The notes: generated by a model from the letters alone, not told the origin. Positions 1 to 12,495 are shown, counted from the stretch's first letter. The stretch is DNA of 64,000 bases from Octopus bimaculoides (GCF_001194135.2 NC_068988.1:51050989-51114988); one strand, 5' to 3'. Numbers and translations: made by a program.

Positions 1-230
1 GGCTTTCCCTGTCTTCATATTCTTAATTGCTTTATCTACCCTGGTACTGTCAACTCGGATAGCTGGTCCCTCTGTTGGGTCGACATACGGCAGGCTCTCT
101 TTCTCCCATTCATTCTCTTTATTAAGCAATCTATCGTAGTGGCATCTCCAGATCTCTTTCTTTGCAGCCTCATTTAGTGCAAGCGTACCATCATCCATGC
201 GAACACATTTCTCTCCTACAACATCACTAT
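1..230 (-). mobile_element. RTE-clade LINE fragment (pre-RT region)
   Basis: The reverse complement aligns with 48220-48345 (W..HY..LLN.ENEW...KAI..MK.GKA). Confidence 0.8.
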
Positions 231-253
231 TCTCTCTCCTACACTGTCTTGCA

Positions 254-286
<33 letters not shown>

Positions 287-553
287 ATCTGTTGATTCAT
301 ATTGTATATGTGTACTGTGATATATGTTCCTATGTGTTCCTACATGGAATATACATGAAACCTCTTTACAGCCGTCCGTCTATGTCATTCTGCTTTCTCA
401 CATGTAATTATTCTTTCTATCCATCTATTTATATGTGTGATTTAATGTATGTTGTTAGGAAGTGCATGCATGCTCAAATATCAAATAATCCATTTCATCA
501 ATTACTTACCTGGGGTTCATTTAATTTCTTTATTGATCTCGTTCTTGTTACAG

Positions 554-708
554 GAAGAAAACTCAATTCGAAGAACCATCCTGCAACCCTTGCACAAGCG
601 CAAAGTATTTCATTGCAATTCTAGCATTCGCAGGATTAATTGCTGTTGCATTGGTTACTTTTCTTCTCTTGCACCAAGTTGAAAACTTAAAGAAAGAGTT
701 CCAATCAG
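554..708 (+). CDS. Candidate internal exon of an unidentified type II membrane protein (CxxC, TM helix, short coiled coil)
   Basis: Acceptor TTCTTGTTACAG ends at 553 and donor G|GTAAAG is at 709; phases are 2 and 1. The frame is open as KKTQFEEPSCNPCTSAKYFIAILAFAGLIAVALVTFLLLHQVENLKKEFQS, with a hydrophobic run of about 21 residues. This frame is absent from the ORF track because it lacks a start codon. Confidence 0.6.
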
Positions 709-946
709 GTAAAGACATTTAACTGCTTTTCTCTTGAATTCTCTCTCTCTCTCTCTTTTTTTTTTTTTTTTTGGAGACTTAACCTCCCTTTAATTTGTTC
801 TCCTTTTAATTAACATGCTTCTATTTAGCAATAACACTGCACTAACCACAGATGTCTTGTAGCTTTATTTAATAACCTCTGCATTGTTTCAGTTCTTTGT
901 AATACATACATATATATACATATATATACATATATATATATATACA

Positions 947-1622
947 CTAGGTTGAGGAAAAAGTTTGTGTGCCATGTTAAAATAATGATTTTTTTATGCA
1001 AGAATTTATTCAAAAACAACATCAACTATTCTTCAAAATAAAGACTATCATTTTCCATGACCTTCTGCCAACGATCTGCAAGCTTTCGGATTTGAATTGA
1101 AAAATTCTTGACAGTCTTCTTCAAATTCATCGAATGATTCAAATCGGTAACCTGAAGTGCTGCATTGATTGGAAGAGATCATAGTCAGATGGAGCAATGT
1201 CTGGACTACAGGCTGGATGCAGCAGAACTTCCACACTGTCCAATTCTTCAATCTTGTTGCTGGTCTTTCTGGTGGTGTGCGGCTTTGCATTGTCTTGTTG
1301 AAACAAAGCATGCTTTCGGCAAACAAGTCTTGGGTACTTTTCAACCAGCACATTGTAGACTCGATCAAGTTGCTTGCAGTAAACTTCAGCATTGTTGGCA
1401 CGACCATTTGGCACAAGTTCAAAATGCAAATTCCTTTGAAGTTCCACCAAATGGAAATCATGATCTTCTTTCTAAACTGATTTTGCTTTGGAACGGATCG
1501 AGGAGTTTGACCTTTTTGGACCCAACGCTTGCTTCGACCGTGATTAACCAGGTGGACACACTTCTCATTCAACTGATCGTAGAGAAATTTAACACAACGC
1601 ATGAACTTTTTCCTCAACCTAA
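947..1622 (-). mobile_element. Internally deleted mariner (DD34D) transposon retaining both TIRs
   Basis: TIRs (T)TAGGTTGAGGAAAAAGTT at both ends, Hsmar1/cecropia-like. Frameshifted catalytic motifs are present: KIMISIWWNFKG, FQQDNAKPHT and HPACSPDIAPSDYDLF. The N-terminal HTH region is missing. Confidence 0.92.
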
Positions 1623-2289
1623 TATATATATATATAGATAAATATATATATATATATATATATGATTTGGGTTTTTAATTTAATACTTTTCTTTTTTTTT
1701 GTGTGGTGGCTTTTAGGGAAGTTTTAAATTTATTTCAATGTAAATATGATCTGCATTTTTTTAAGGGATGTTTAAAATCCCTTTGATGTTTGGCTCTGTT
1801 ATTATGGCCTTCAGTGGATGAATGATAAATCTTTTCCTATCCTTACCTCTACAGGTAAGGCATCGATCTACCATAGGTTATATTCTCTCATACCTCTGTC
1901 CCAAACAGCTTTGTAAACCGAAGCAATATAGGATAATGTGTTCTGACAGAAATGCAATGCTACATCCAGGGCAAGATTGAACTCATAGCCTGTTGAATGT
2001 TAATTTAAAGTCTTTTGTCCACTTAACCGTCCTGCTTCTGTATTTTAATTTTAATTGTTTATAAAGTGTTGCAATGAAGTGGCAGAGATTTGTAATACAG
2101 ATTTTTGCAAAATCCACTCACAAGCATCAGTTCAAGGTTATAGAAGAAACTTGCTCAATATATGATACAGCGAGATTGAACAAACTGTTTAGCAATAAGT
2201 GATATTGTCATTTTGTATCACATTTTGGGAACAATAGTGTTGTTGGTTATAGTTCTCCAATATGTCAGTAACCAACTCATTGCATTAAT

Positions 2290-2462
2290 GATAGCTAGAT
2301 CAATAAGAGATAGTCTGTGCAAAATGTGGTGATGGCAGAATTATATCAGTGGTGCATCCAAAGTTTGCATCCCTGAGAAGTTTAGTGTATTGTGCCTCAA
2401 TGCCTTGTATTTCCAGAGATTTAAATACTGCCTTCATCTTGATGCTATTGAAGGCCTTATTG
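2290..2462 (-). mobile_element. RTE-type reverse transcriptase fragment
   Basis: KAFNSIKMKAVFKSLEIQGIEAQYTKLL resembles the KAFDS...L...G segment of RTE RTs. Confidence 0.6.
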
Positions 2463-2464
2463 TG

Positions 2465-2514
<50 letters not shown>

Positions 2515-2529
2515 TTATATATGTGCTTA

Positions 2530-5250
2530 TGTAAAATAAAAGTGTTCTCAACAAACTATGTCGCAAACTCCGTAACCAAGTACAAAAACAAACCTGGCGA
2601 AGGAGTTACTATTGAAGCATGCTACAGAAGATGTGAGCAAATCTTCAAGAAAGAATGTAAAGATTGAGATGACGAGATGAAAATGTGCTTAATCTTGAGA
2701 AATCTGGCAACAACAGAACATGAATGATACAGTAATTATATACTCCCAAGAAAACCTTTGGACATAAACTTTAATAACACAATAGATACATTGGGTAAAA
2801 TTTTCTGTGAAAAAGGCTCGTTGTTCAACACACATTGGAAGTATCTGAACATAGAGAAAGACAACAATGAAGACTACATCACATATTCTTTTATTCTTTT
2901 ACTTGTTTCAGTCATTTGACTGTGGTCATGCTGGAGCACCACTTTTATGCTGGTAGAGTTAACAAGGAATGCATGAAGTTTAAGCTGGACAAATTAATGC
3001 CACACATGTTCAAATGCCTGATTTTTACACAGAGACTTACTGCTGAAAAGGAGCAGAAGTTAGATCTAGAATTCTCGTAAAGTTGGAGCAAAAGCAGAAT
3101 GTAACCCTACAGCAAGTGTCAGGAGAATGTGAAAGGATAGTCAAATTAAGACATGACACAGAGGAAATTGTATGTAAAGATTGTTTCCAAGTAAAGCAAG
3201 CGCAAAATAGTCAGAAGAGAGATAAAATGTTTTCTAAAAATACAGCAAAAATCAGGAAGTAAACCCATGTTTTGCATGTGGAGGTATATACCTGAAGGAA
3301 AAAAAGCAGAGGGTTTTCGTTGTGGTAATATAGGATATATAAAGACGCATTGTAGAACAAAGATGACAAAATGTCAGAACAAAGGAAAAAGAATAACTAG
3401 TATGTCATTGGAAAAAACTGATAACATAATAAAGAGAAAATTTGTAAAAGTGAAAACTAGAAATACAAGCATAAAATTGAAGTTCAACACCAGTAGTGAC
3501 ATGACTATTATAAATGAAAAACATGGAAATATGTCAGTAAGCCAAATTTGATTAAATCTAAAAAGGTAGCACATGGTATTATAGGAAAAAGATTATATTT
3601 TTTCAGTGAATTTGAATAAAAAAGGCAGATTTATGTGTTGAAAGTTTCACTTAATTTACTTAGCACAGAGTGGATAGAACTATTCAATTTATGGGATATG
3701 CTCATAAGTGTTTTGTGTAGAAATATAGTCGCCTCAGTCGAAGGTTCAAATGCTGCTGAGGGACTGAAGCAAAAATTCACAGTAAAATAAAGTGGAACAT
3801 GGTAAAAGACAAGTTTATAAAGGAAACAAAAAGAACACTGGTCAACAAAAGAAAATAGAAACAGGTTTGGTGTGAAATGAAACCAAGACATGAACCTATG
3901 CTGAATGTGTGATGGTGTGCTGATATATGCACTGGGAGTAGTGATACCGGAAACACTACAAAAGAAAATGTTGAGAGAATTTTACATCAGACATCCTGGT
4001 ATTTCAAGGATGAAAGCATTAATGCACAGTTACATATACTGGCCAAAAATGGACAGAGAAATCAAAAATTTGGTGAAAAGCTGTAGAGGATGTGCTGTAG
4101 CAGCAAAATTGCCCACTATAAAAAGTGAACCTTGGCCAAAAAGTAGATGTTTTGTGGTCGAGACTACACATTGATTTCGCTTGTCCTTTAAATGGTTCTT
4201 AATACTTAGTGGCAGTTGATAGTTTTTCAAAATGGCCTGAAATTTGTAAGTGTGAAAAACCAACCTCTTGAACTGATAAATTTTTCACACGAATTGTTTG
4301 CAAGATTTGACATCCCAGACAAGATAGTGTCTGACAGTGGAGTGCAATTTGTATCTAGCGAATTAGAAAAATTTTGTAAAATGTTCATGGTAGAACATAT
4401 AACTATGACACCATACCATCCCAAATTTAATTGACAAGCAGAATGCTATGTCAATACCTTCAAAAACACCCTTAGATAATCAAATAAGGAAGACACTCAT
4501 GAGGTAGCTCTACAACAATTTTTAGGAGTGTATTGTGTGACACCAAATCCGAATACACCACCAAGTAGCTCATCAGCGGAGTAGATGTTTTCAAGGAAGG
4601 TAAAATCAGCCTTTGATAAATTGCTACCTGGCAAGAAAAGATAAAGTGTCAGGGAAGTCATAGCAAGATTCTTTAAAGTTGATGGAAAGGTGTATATGAG
4701 GGAATACAAGAATGGAAAGCAGAGTTGGGAAGAAGGCGTAATTACCAAATGCATAGGTAAAGTGAGGTAATGCATAAAAAGTAGAAAAAGCATACAAAAG
4801 AGACACAAGAACCAACTGAAAAAGAGATTTGTGGAAAGTGAACCAGAGGAGTTGGAGGAACCAATGGAATGGTTGTATAATATGTTCTAAGTACCACTAC
4901 TACAGGTGATTGAACCCAGGTGTGTGAGAGGAAAAGAAAACATACAGAGTTCTTGAAAATAGATGCCAAGCGCAAAAAAGATTAAATTATACAAAAAACA
5001 AAACTCAGAAAAGGGAGGTGAGGGTAAATAAAAAAAAATATTGCTAAATAAAATGACACTTCTTATGAAAAACTTAAAAAAGGTGATGCTGTAGGGAATT
5101 AGCAATAATGGTACACCACTTCTATGTGACGAATGGAATAATTTAGTCATGATAAGTAAAGAGAAGTACTTGAAATATGAGAGTACATAGTAGGTAGTCA
5201 AGAGATAGTCATGTCTTTACTAAATATACTGCATACTGAAGTGGCTGTTC
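2530..5250 (+). mobile_element. Decayed Ty3/Gypsy LTR retrotransposon (gag, protease, integrase; RT/RNase H deleted)
   Basis: Gag-like frames at 2580-3170, a zinc-knuckle remnant (CGNIGYIKTHC) and a protease-like KFNTSSD. The integrase Zn finger reads HPGISRMKALMHSYIYWPKMDREIKNLVKSCRGC and the core IDFACP...AVDSFSKWPE...IVSDSGVQF...PYHP. A PPT-like purine run near 5075-5086 is followed by TG. There are many stops and frameshifts, and the boundaries are approximate. Confidence 0.85.
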
Positions 5251-5565
5251 AATCCAACATTTTAAGAATTACAACACATATATTTGGAATAAGCTTGGGC
5301 TGAAAGGGCTTAGAGGACTTGTATTATTTTAGTTTGGAAATGAGACCCCATAGGCCTCCATTTCTTTTGTCTGGGATGGGAATCTTCTAGGTTGGATGTT
5401 GTGAAAATTGAACTTTGAAGGTGGTAATGCTCAGTCATGGAAGTAGGCCTTCTATCTCATACCCCTTATAAGGTTGATAAACTTCGCTGGGAGCATCCTC
5501 ATGTAGAGTTTATTTGATGTATTTGTGTGTGTGTATGGCTATATATATATATATATATATATATA

Positions 5566-5870
5566 TGAAGGCACATGGCTTAGTGGTTAGGGTGTTGCAC
5601 TCACATTTGCAAGATCATGGGTTCGATTCCCAGACCAAATGTTGCATTGTGTTCTTGAGCAAAGCACTTCATTTCACGTTGCTCTGTGATCACTTCATCA
5701 TCTGACATGTGGCACATGGTGCATCTGGACAGGTAATGTTGATTTAATGGATGGAGTGAGCTTATGTGAACACAGACATTTGATCACCATAAACAAATCA
5801 TCTGAGTGGTTGTGCAGTGAGAAATTGCTTATCCCTCATACACCGTCTAACAATGGGAGAGTCCATGATA
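5566..5870 (+). mobile_element. tRNA-head SINE family D
   Basis: GGCTTAGTGGTTAGG A-box, GGGTTCGATTCCC B-box, then TTGTGTTCTTGAGCAA.GCACTT. Related copies lie at about 49831-50125(+), 18945-19060(+) and 22240-22470(-). Confidence 0.78.
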
Positions 5871-6439
5871 CATACTCACACACACACACACACAAGATTT
5901 TAACCAAAACATAGAAGAAAGAAAACACAAATGTGTATCCCCCCCACTCCTGCAAAGGTTATCTATATAGTCCTAATACACACATTCTATTTCCACAGGA
6001 ACACCAACCTTAAAGACACACACATTTCTCATAATCTTTTCTCCAGTAAACTTTTGCTAACCTGCAACAAAACCACCCCCAAAATAATGTTTTTGATATC
6101 AAGGGACATAACTCTTAACTTAACCCCCTGCTTGTTTCATTTCATCATCTTTTTCACAGCAACTACAAACCAGATGTATCTATTCACTTCCAACAATAGA
6201 GAGCAGTCACCATATTTCATTCCATAATGGCTATCTCTGAAGAGCACAGGGTCACATAATCAGACTGTTACCTAACATTCCATTGAACCCTTAGTGTGAA
6301 ACCATTTGGTAAGATCAGCTGTAATGGATGTATAATACTGTACACTTTGATTAATCTAAGATATCTATCTATCTATATATATATGTATATAAATGTATGT
6401 GTGTGTGTATATATATATATATATATGTATATAAATGTA

Positions 6440-6488
<49 letters not shown>

Positions 6489-6712
6489 GTATGTATGTGT
6501 GTGTATATATATATATATATTTGTGTATATATCCACATACATACAAACATACATATGTATGTATAGGTAAACAGGCAGAATGGCGGACAGTATATGTTCT
6601 GCATTGAAATTCTGCTGAGCTCAACTTCCTTTTTTCACTGTCGATGTAATCAACTAGCCCCCTCCCCACAAAAATTTCAGGTCTTTTGCCTATAATACAG
6701 AGGGTAGAGATG

Positions 6713-7625
6713 ATTGCGCTGGTATGGACATGTGGCAAGAATGGATGAGGATAGCTGTGTGAAAAAGTGCCACACCCTAGCAGTTGAGGGAACCTGTGGA
6801 AGAGGTAGACCCAGGAAGACCTGGGATGAGGTGGTGAAGCATGACCTTTGAACTTTAGGCCTCACCGAGGCAATGACCAGTGACCAGGACCTTTGAAAAT
6901 ATGCAGTATGTGAGAAGACCCGGCAAGGCAAGTGAGAGCATAATCTGTGACCTATGCTAGAAGTGTAGCCAGCTCACTAATTCGTATCTTTACTTCATCG
7001 GAGACTAAAAACCCTGCTTGCAAAGACCTGTTGAGGCAAGTGAATTTGGAACTTGAAATCTGAAATCAAAATCAAACTGATTCCGATGACCGGCACCCAT
7101 GCCAACCTCTCCTTCATTGGACACTAAACTCTGCTTGCAAAGACCTGTTGGGGCAAGTGAAATCGAAATTGAACCATACTCGATGACTGGCACCTGCGCC
7201 AGTGGAGCACTAACAGCACTGTCGAGTGTGTTTATTGCCAGAGCAGCTGTCTGGTTTCCATGCTAGTGGCCCGTAAATAGCACCATTTGAGCGTAATCGT
7301 TACCAGCGTTGCCTTCTAGCACTTGTGCTGGTGGCATGTTAGAAAATCATTTGAGCGAGGTCGTTGCCAGTGCAGGTGGCACGTAAAAAACACCTTATTG
7401 AGCGTGGCCGTTGCCAGTACCGTGTGACTGGCCCTCATGCCAGTGGTATGTAAAAAGCACCCACTACACTTTCGGAGTGGTTGGCGTTAGGAAGGTCATC
7501 CAGCTGTAGAAACTCTGCCAGATCAGATTGGAGCCTGGTGCAGCCTTCTGGCTTGCCAGTCCTCAGTCAAATCGTCCAACCCATGCTAGCATGGAAAGCG
7601 GATGTTAAACGATGATGATGATGAT
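6713..7625 (+). mobile_element. RTE LINE 3' end: ORF C-terminus plus long 3' UTR ending in (GAT)n
   Basis: WYGHVARMDEDSCVKKCHTLAVEGTCGRGRPRKTWDEVVKHDL, then the 3' UTR shared with other copies, ending AAACGATGATGATG. Confidence 0.88.
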
Positions 7626-7708
7626 AATATAGGGTAGGAAAAATTATAGAAATTTTTTCTACCAGTGGCCTAGTAGGTATACAAAGTCAATAGATATTTT
7701 TTTCATAT

Positions 7709-7879
7709 AAAAATTAGTGTACATTTAAACACAAAGAGGCGAGCCCTTAAACGTGTTGCCTAACATACTAGAAAGAACAGTCAAAAATTGTTGTTTGGAC
7801 TTTTTGACTGCTCTTTGTAGTATGTTAGGCAACCTTTTTAAGGGCTCGCCTCTTTGTGTTTAAATGTACACTAATTTTT
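7709..7879. repeat. Palindrome with 79-bp arms and 13-nt spacer
   Basis: AAAAATTAGTGTACATTTAAACACAAAGAGGCGAGCCCTTAA...CAGTCAAAAA (7709-7787) is reverse-complementary to 7801-7879 with about 5 mismatches. (CA)n follows. Confidence 0.9.
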
Positions 7880-7900
7880 ACACACACACACACATATATA

Positions 7901-8725
7901 GTGATCAGTGTGGATGCCATGGAGAGATGAGTGGTTTGTGAGAGTTGTACAAGCCATGTACAGGGATGTTGCCTGTTAAATTGAAGGTTGACAATGAATT
8001 CAGTGTACAGGTAGGAGTTCACCAGTGTTCAGTTCTCAGCTCCCTCTTATTTATCATAGTTCTCCAGGCCTTAACAGAGGAATTCAAGACTGGCTTCCCC
8101 TGGGAGCTCCTCTATGCTGTTGACCTTGTTCTTACAGCTGAATCACTACCTGATCTGAGAAAGAGATTTCAGGTGTGGATGTAAGGCCTGGAATCTAAGG
8201 GCCTTAGAGTTAATTTAGTAAAAACCAAAGACCTAGTAATTAGGAAAACTGACAAATCACACATCCCTTTGAGGAGATGGCTCTGCTCGATATGTAAGCA
8301 GGGTGTTGGTAGAAACTCCATATGTTGCACCCACTGCAGGCTTCGGACACATAGGAGGTGGAAAACATGGGATGAAGTAGTGAGAAAGAATCTTTAGGCA
8401 CTGGGCCTTGCTTAGGAAATGACAAGGGACTGGGAGATGGTGACGATTTGCTGTACTTGGTAAGACACGTCAAGCTAATTGATATCATCCATACGTACAG
8501 GCTTGTCCTTTACAAATGCAAGTGCCACATAAAATGCACTTGTGACGCACAAAAGACACCCATCTCACTTTGTAAACTGGTTGGTGTTAGGAAGGGTATC
8601 CAGCCATAGAAACCATGCCACAACAAACAATTGGTGTCTGGACAGCTCCCAGGCTGGCCAGCCACTGTCACACCATCCAACCTAAGCCAGCATGGAGAAC
8701 AGACATTAAACAATGATAATGATGA
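7901..8725 (+). mobile_element. RTE LINE RT fragment plus 3' UTR remnant
   Basis: FSVQVGVHQCSVLSSLLFIIVLQALTEEFKTGFPWELLYAVDLVL is a degenerate GVxQG...YADD. A 3' UTR-type tail lies at 8560-8725. Confidence 0.85.
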
Positions 8726-8927
8726 TATACACATTTTGGGAATGACCATTTTGCCATGTGTGCGTGTGTGTATTTATATCGATGTATGTTTGTGTTTGTA
8801 TGTTTATCTATATAAATGTAAATATATATGTCACATATTTTTACACACACACACACACATGTTCATATATATGCAGATATGTGTGTGTGCATGCATATGT
8901 ATGTTTATCTATATTTATGTATATACG

Positions 8928-8976
<49 letters not shown>

Positions 8977-9201
8977 GTTAATATATAAATATATATATAT
9001 ATATATAGATAGATATATAGATATATAAGTGCATATGTATACATTTATGTTTGTGTGTTTGTATATAGATGTATACACGTATATATANNNNNNNNNNNNN
9101 NNNNNNNNNNNNNNNNNNNNNNNNNNNNNNNNNNNNNNNNNNNNNNNNNNNNNNNNNNNNNNNNNNNNNNNNNNNNNNNNNNNNNNNNNNNNNNNNNNNN
9201 N

Positions 9202-9267
<66 letters not shown>

Positions 9268-9419
9268 TGTGTTTGTACATACGCATACATATGTGTGTAT
9301 GTATGTACACAAGCACACACAATGCCTGCATATAACCTACATACATACAAACATGTAGATATACTTTTGTCATTGCGTGTGTGTGTGCCTGCAACGGTAT
9401 AGAAACATATTTATTGTCC

Positions 9420-9799
9420 AATGAAATTTCAGGATTTGCTTTAGTCCGTTACTCAACGGAAGTTACCTCCTACACGCCAATATCGTCAGCAGAACTCCGT
9501 GTGTAACATTACTATTGAAGATGTTGTGATTTTTTCCCCCTTCGTTCACCAACCAATAATTAAGCTGGCGGCGATGAACGGTTGAGAGAGAGGTGGGCGA
9601 CGGTTGCGGCTAGAAACCTGTCTGCCAAACAACATTGGTATACCGATGATTACTCTATGGTCTTGTCTGGTTGTTTCTGCTACGTCCGTCGCAATTGTCG
9701 TCCCTGTCTCTCTGTCACGACCGTCACCAGCATCATTAACAACGAGCGAAACTGGATTCTCAGACTAGGGCCAATGTTGATTTCAAGCCGATCAAAAGG
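9420..9799 (+). promoter_or_regulatory. Putative promoter and 5' UTR of the EFCAB14-like gene
   Basis: Locally CpG-rich relative to the rest of the window. It contains an ETS-type CGGAAGT (9457-9463), CCAAT (9477-9481), a YY1-like AAGCTGGCGGC (about 9562-9572) and four upstream ATGs. The TSS cannot be determined from sequence alone. Confidence 0.55.
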
Positions 9800-9966
9800 A
9801 TGAAAAAGCGCCGCGAACTGGACGCCTTGGTCGGCAACGGGAAACTTCGTCGAAAATGTCGAGGTAGTGGCCAAGAACTACTACGGCCAAACTCTGGTGG
9901 AGATGATGATACTGACTCTTCTGAAACCGAATTTACTGTTCCCACGCAAAAGGCTATCATTAGAAA
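9800..9966 (+). CDS. EFCAB14: EFCAB14-like (EF-hand calcium-binding domain protein 14 / KIAA0494) coding exon 1
   Basis: Translates as MKKRRELDALVGNGKLRRKCRGSGQELLRPNSGGDDDTDSSETEFTVPTQKAIIR plus 2 nt. This matches the human EFCAB14 N-terminus as I recall it (MKKRKELNALIG...HRLLRTEPPDSDSESSSE). There is an in-frame TAA upstream at 9737-9739, so 9800 is the first in-frame Met. The donor AA|GTAAGT is at 9967 (phase 2). Homology is from memory, not from a search. Confidence 0.88.
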
Positions 9967-10279
9967 GTAAGTTCTTCACATACAGTATAACTGTGTTTGT
10001 TCTCCCTAAACACAGAAGGGTGGTGTCAGTTAATCTAAGTTAAGATATACGCTTATATAATGTATACATTTTTTTTTCTTTTTGCCATATATGTTTTGGA
10101 GCCTGCCGAGATAACATACACACATACACATATATGTATATACATAGACAGGTAAACGACCTAGCGGAAGTGCATCTTTCTTTATACACTATTAAGTAAC
10201 ATATCGAATAACTATATACGACTGTATTCACGTATATACAAGGCTTGTCGTCTCTCTCTCTCTCTCCCCCCTCTCTCTC

Positions 10280-10317
<38 letters not shown>

Positions 10318-10943
10318 NNNNNNNNNNNNNNNNNNNNNNNNNNNNNNNNNNNNNNNNNNNNNNNNNNNNNNNNNNNNNNNNNNNNNNNNNNNNNNNNNNN
10401 NNNNNNNNNNNNNNNNNNNNNNNNNNNNNNNNNNNNNNNNNNNNNNNNNNNCACGTATATACAAGGCTTGTCGTCTCTCTCTCTCTCTCCCCCCTCTCTC
10501 TCTATATATATATATACATATATATATACTGGTAACATACCGAACAACCATATACCTATAATATAAGCCTGGACTCCTTGATGTGTCGTTCAATATATGT
10601 TTGTATGTATTATATCGTTGCAGATTTTCCTATCGAGCCAAGTTGTTTCCGTTGTTTTGTTTTTTTTTGTTTTCAGTTGCTGATCCCTTTTCTGTCGGTC
10701 GCAATTCCTGTCAATTGTCATTGTTTATCCCCAGTGATTAGGAGGTGGGATTTGAGCTTAGAACGCGTAGAGTCTGTCAGAATAAATACTGCAAGACATC
10801 CAATCCCATCCGACGGCCTAACAATACTTACTCATTCACACACAATGTGTTTCTGCGTGTGTTTGTGTTGAGTTATACGATATAACAATTTTACATTAAA
10901 CTGAAAAATTTCTCAATACTTTTAGTAGAGTACATATATCTCT

Positions 10944-11056
10944 ACAAGAAGAGTTGTGACAGTGACTTCGAAGTTTTGGTCTGCTAACCTTAATCGGACT
11001 GACGAGAGCTGGGAGGCAGAAACTTAGAAGTCATTGAAACCACTGTTCTTATTTAT
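10944..11056. repeat. Second inverted dyad of the P3 hammerhead unit
   Basis: The left arm ACAAGAAGAGTTGTGACAGTGACTTCGAAGTTTTGGTCTGCTAACC aligns with 51091-51137. The right arm has CTGACGA (10999-11005)...GAAA (11019-11022)-CTTAGAAG-TC. The junction lies inside the 5' strand of stem I. Confidence 0.7.
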
Positions 11057-11664
11057 GTATATGTCAAATCAAATATGTACATGTATAAAGTGTGCGACTC
11101 TAGTTTCGACTCTTGCCAATCCGACGGATGCCTTCTTAATAAAGGCTCCAACACCGGATTACCTTTTCAATATTAATAATTCACCCATCGCCACTCATCC
11201 TTGAAATATTTTTGTCAGAAATAATAGTTGACAGTTAGTGTGGATGGTATCTGTACGTGATGCAAGGACGATACTAAAAATTCTCATCACGTATTGACAA
11301 CACCCTATATATTCACTGGGGTGTTGTGTTTTTAATGGCTATTCTAATGAATAATATACTTTCACATTATATATCATCCTCATCGACTGAAATGATGTCC
11401 TGAAAATTCCCCCATTACACACTCGCGCGCGCACACCTGCATGTATGTAATGTATGTATGTATGTATGTATGTATAAACACTAATTTCTTAGACCATGTT
11501 TGCTCTTAGTCTTCACAATCACCTTTATTTACGACATTTATTTTGATATGCGTCGACTCAAGCGTCTGAGGAAAAGGCATAAACGCCACAATTTTCTATT
11601 TCTTTTCCTTTCGTTCTGAGACGAATCTAAGACATCTTTTCTCCGTAAGACGCGCGCGCGCGCA

Positions 11665-11699
<35 letters not shown>

Positions 11700-12495
11700 T
11701 ACATCTGTGCGTGTGTGTGTGTGACATTCGTTTAGTTTCTGATCACAAAATGAAAAATATTAAGACAACCCGCATTAAAAGTTGAAATATGACATGATTT
11801 TTAAAAGTAGAACCTTCCCTATAATCTAATAATTTTTTGGAATAAAATAAAAAAGAAAATGTGAAGGAAGTTGGAAAATTAAAAATTTGATTTTTTTAAA
11901 TAATTTTCCCCTTCGTAAAATCATAATTTCTGTTATTGAAAAACTGAATTCNNNNNNNNNNNNNNNNNNNNNNNNNNNNNNNNNNNNNNNNNNNNNNNNN
12001 NNNNNNNNNNNNNNNNNNNNNNNNNNNNNNNNNNNNNNNNNNNNNNNNNNNNNNNNNNNNNNNNNNNNNNNNNNNNNNNNNNNNNNNNNNNNNNNNNNNN
12101 NNNNNNNNNNNNNNNNNNNNNNNNNNNNNNNNNNNNNNNNNNNNNNNNNNNNNNNNNNNNNNNNNNNNNNNNNNNTGGGTTGAAGAAATTTGATTGCTTT
12201 TTCTAACAGGGAAAAACCATGTGGAATCTCGTCCATTTGACAGTGTCATTAATGAGTGTATATAATATTGCTGTTTTCTGTCACATACATATGCGTGCGC
12301 GTGTGTGTAATATATTCTTTCTTTTATCCTTTTACTAGTTTTTGTCAATGAACTGCAGCCATTCTAGGACACCTTGAATGGTTAGTCGATCAAATCAATT
12401 CCAGTATTTATTTTCTTAAGCCTGGTATTTTGACAAACTGCTGTGTTATGGGATATAAACAAATTAACACCAGTTGTGAAGAGCGCGCGCGCGCG

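Noticed and set aside
10226-10530. Direct repeat of about 80 bp (CACGTATATACAAGGCTTGTCG...)
   Set aside because: The two copies sit on either side of the N gap at 10318-10451, which is the typical pattern of an unmerged contig overlap.
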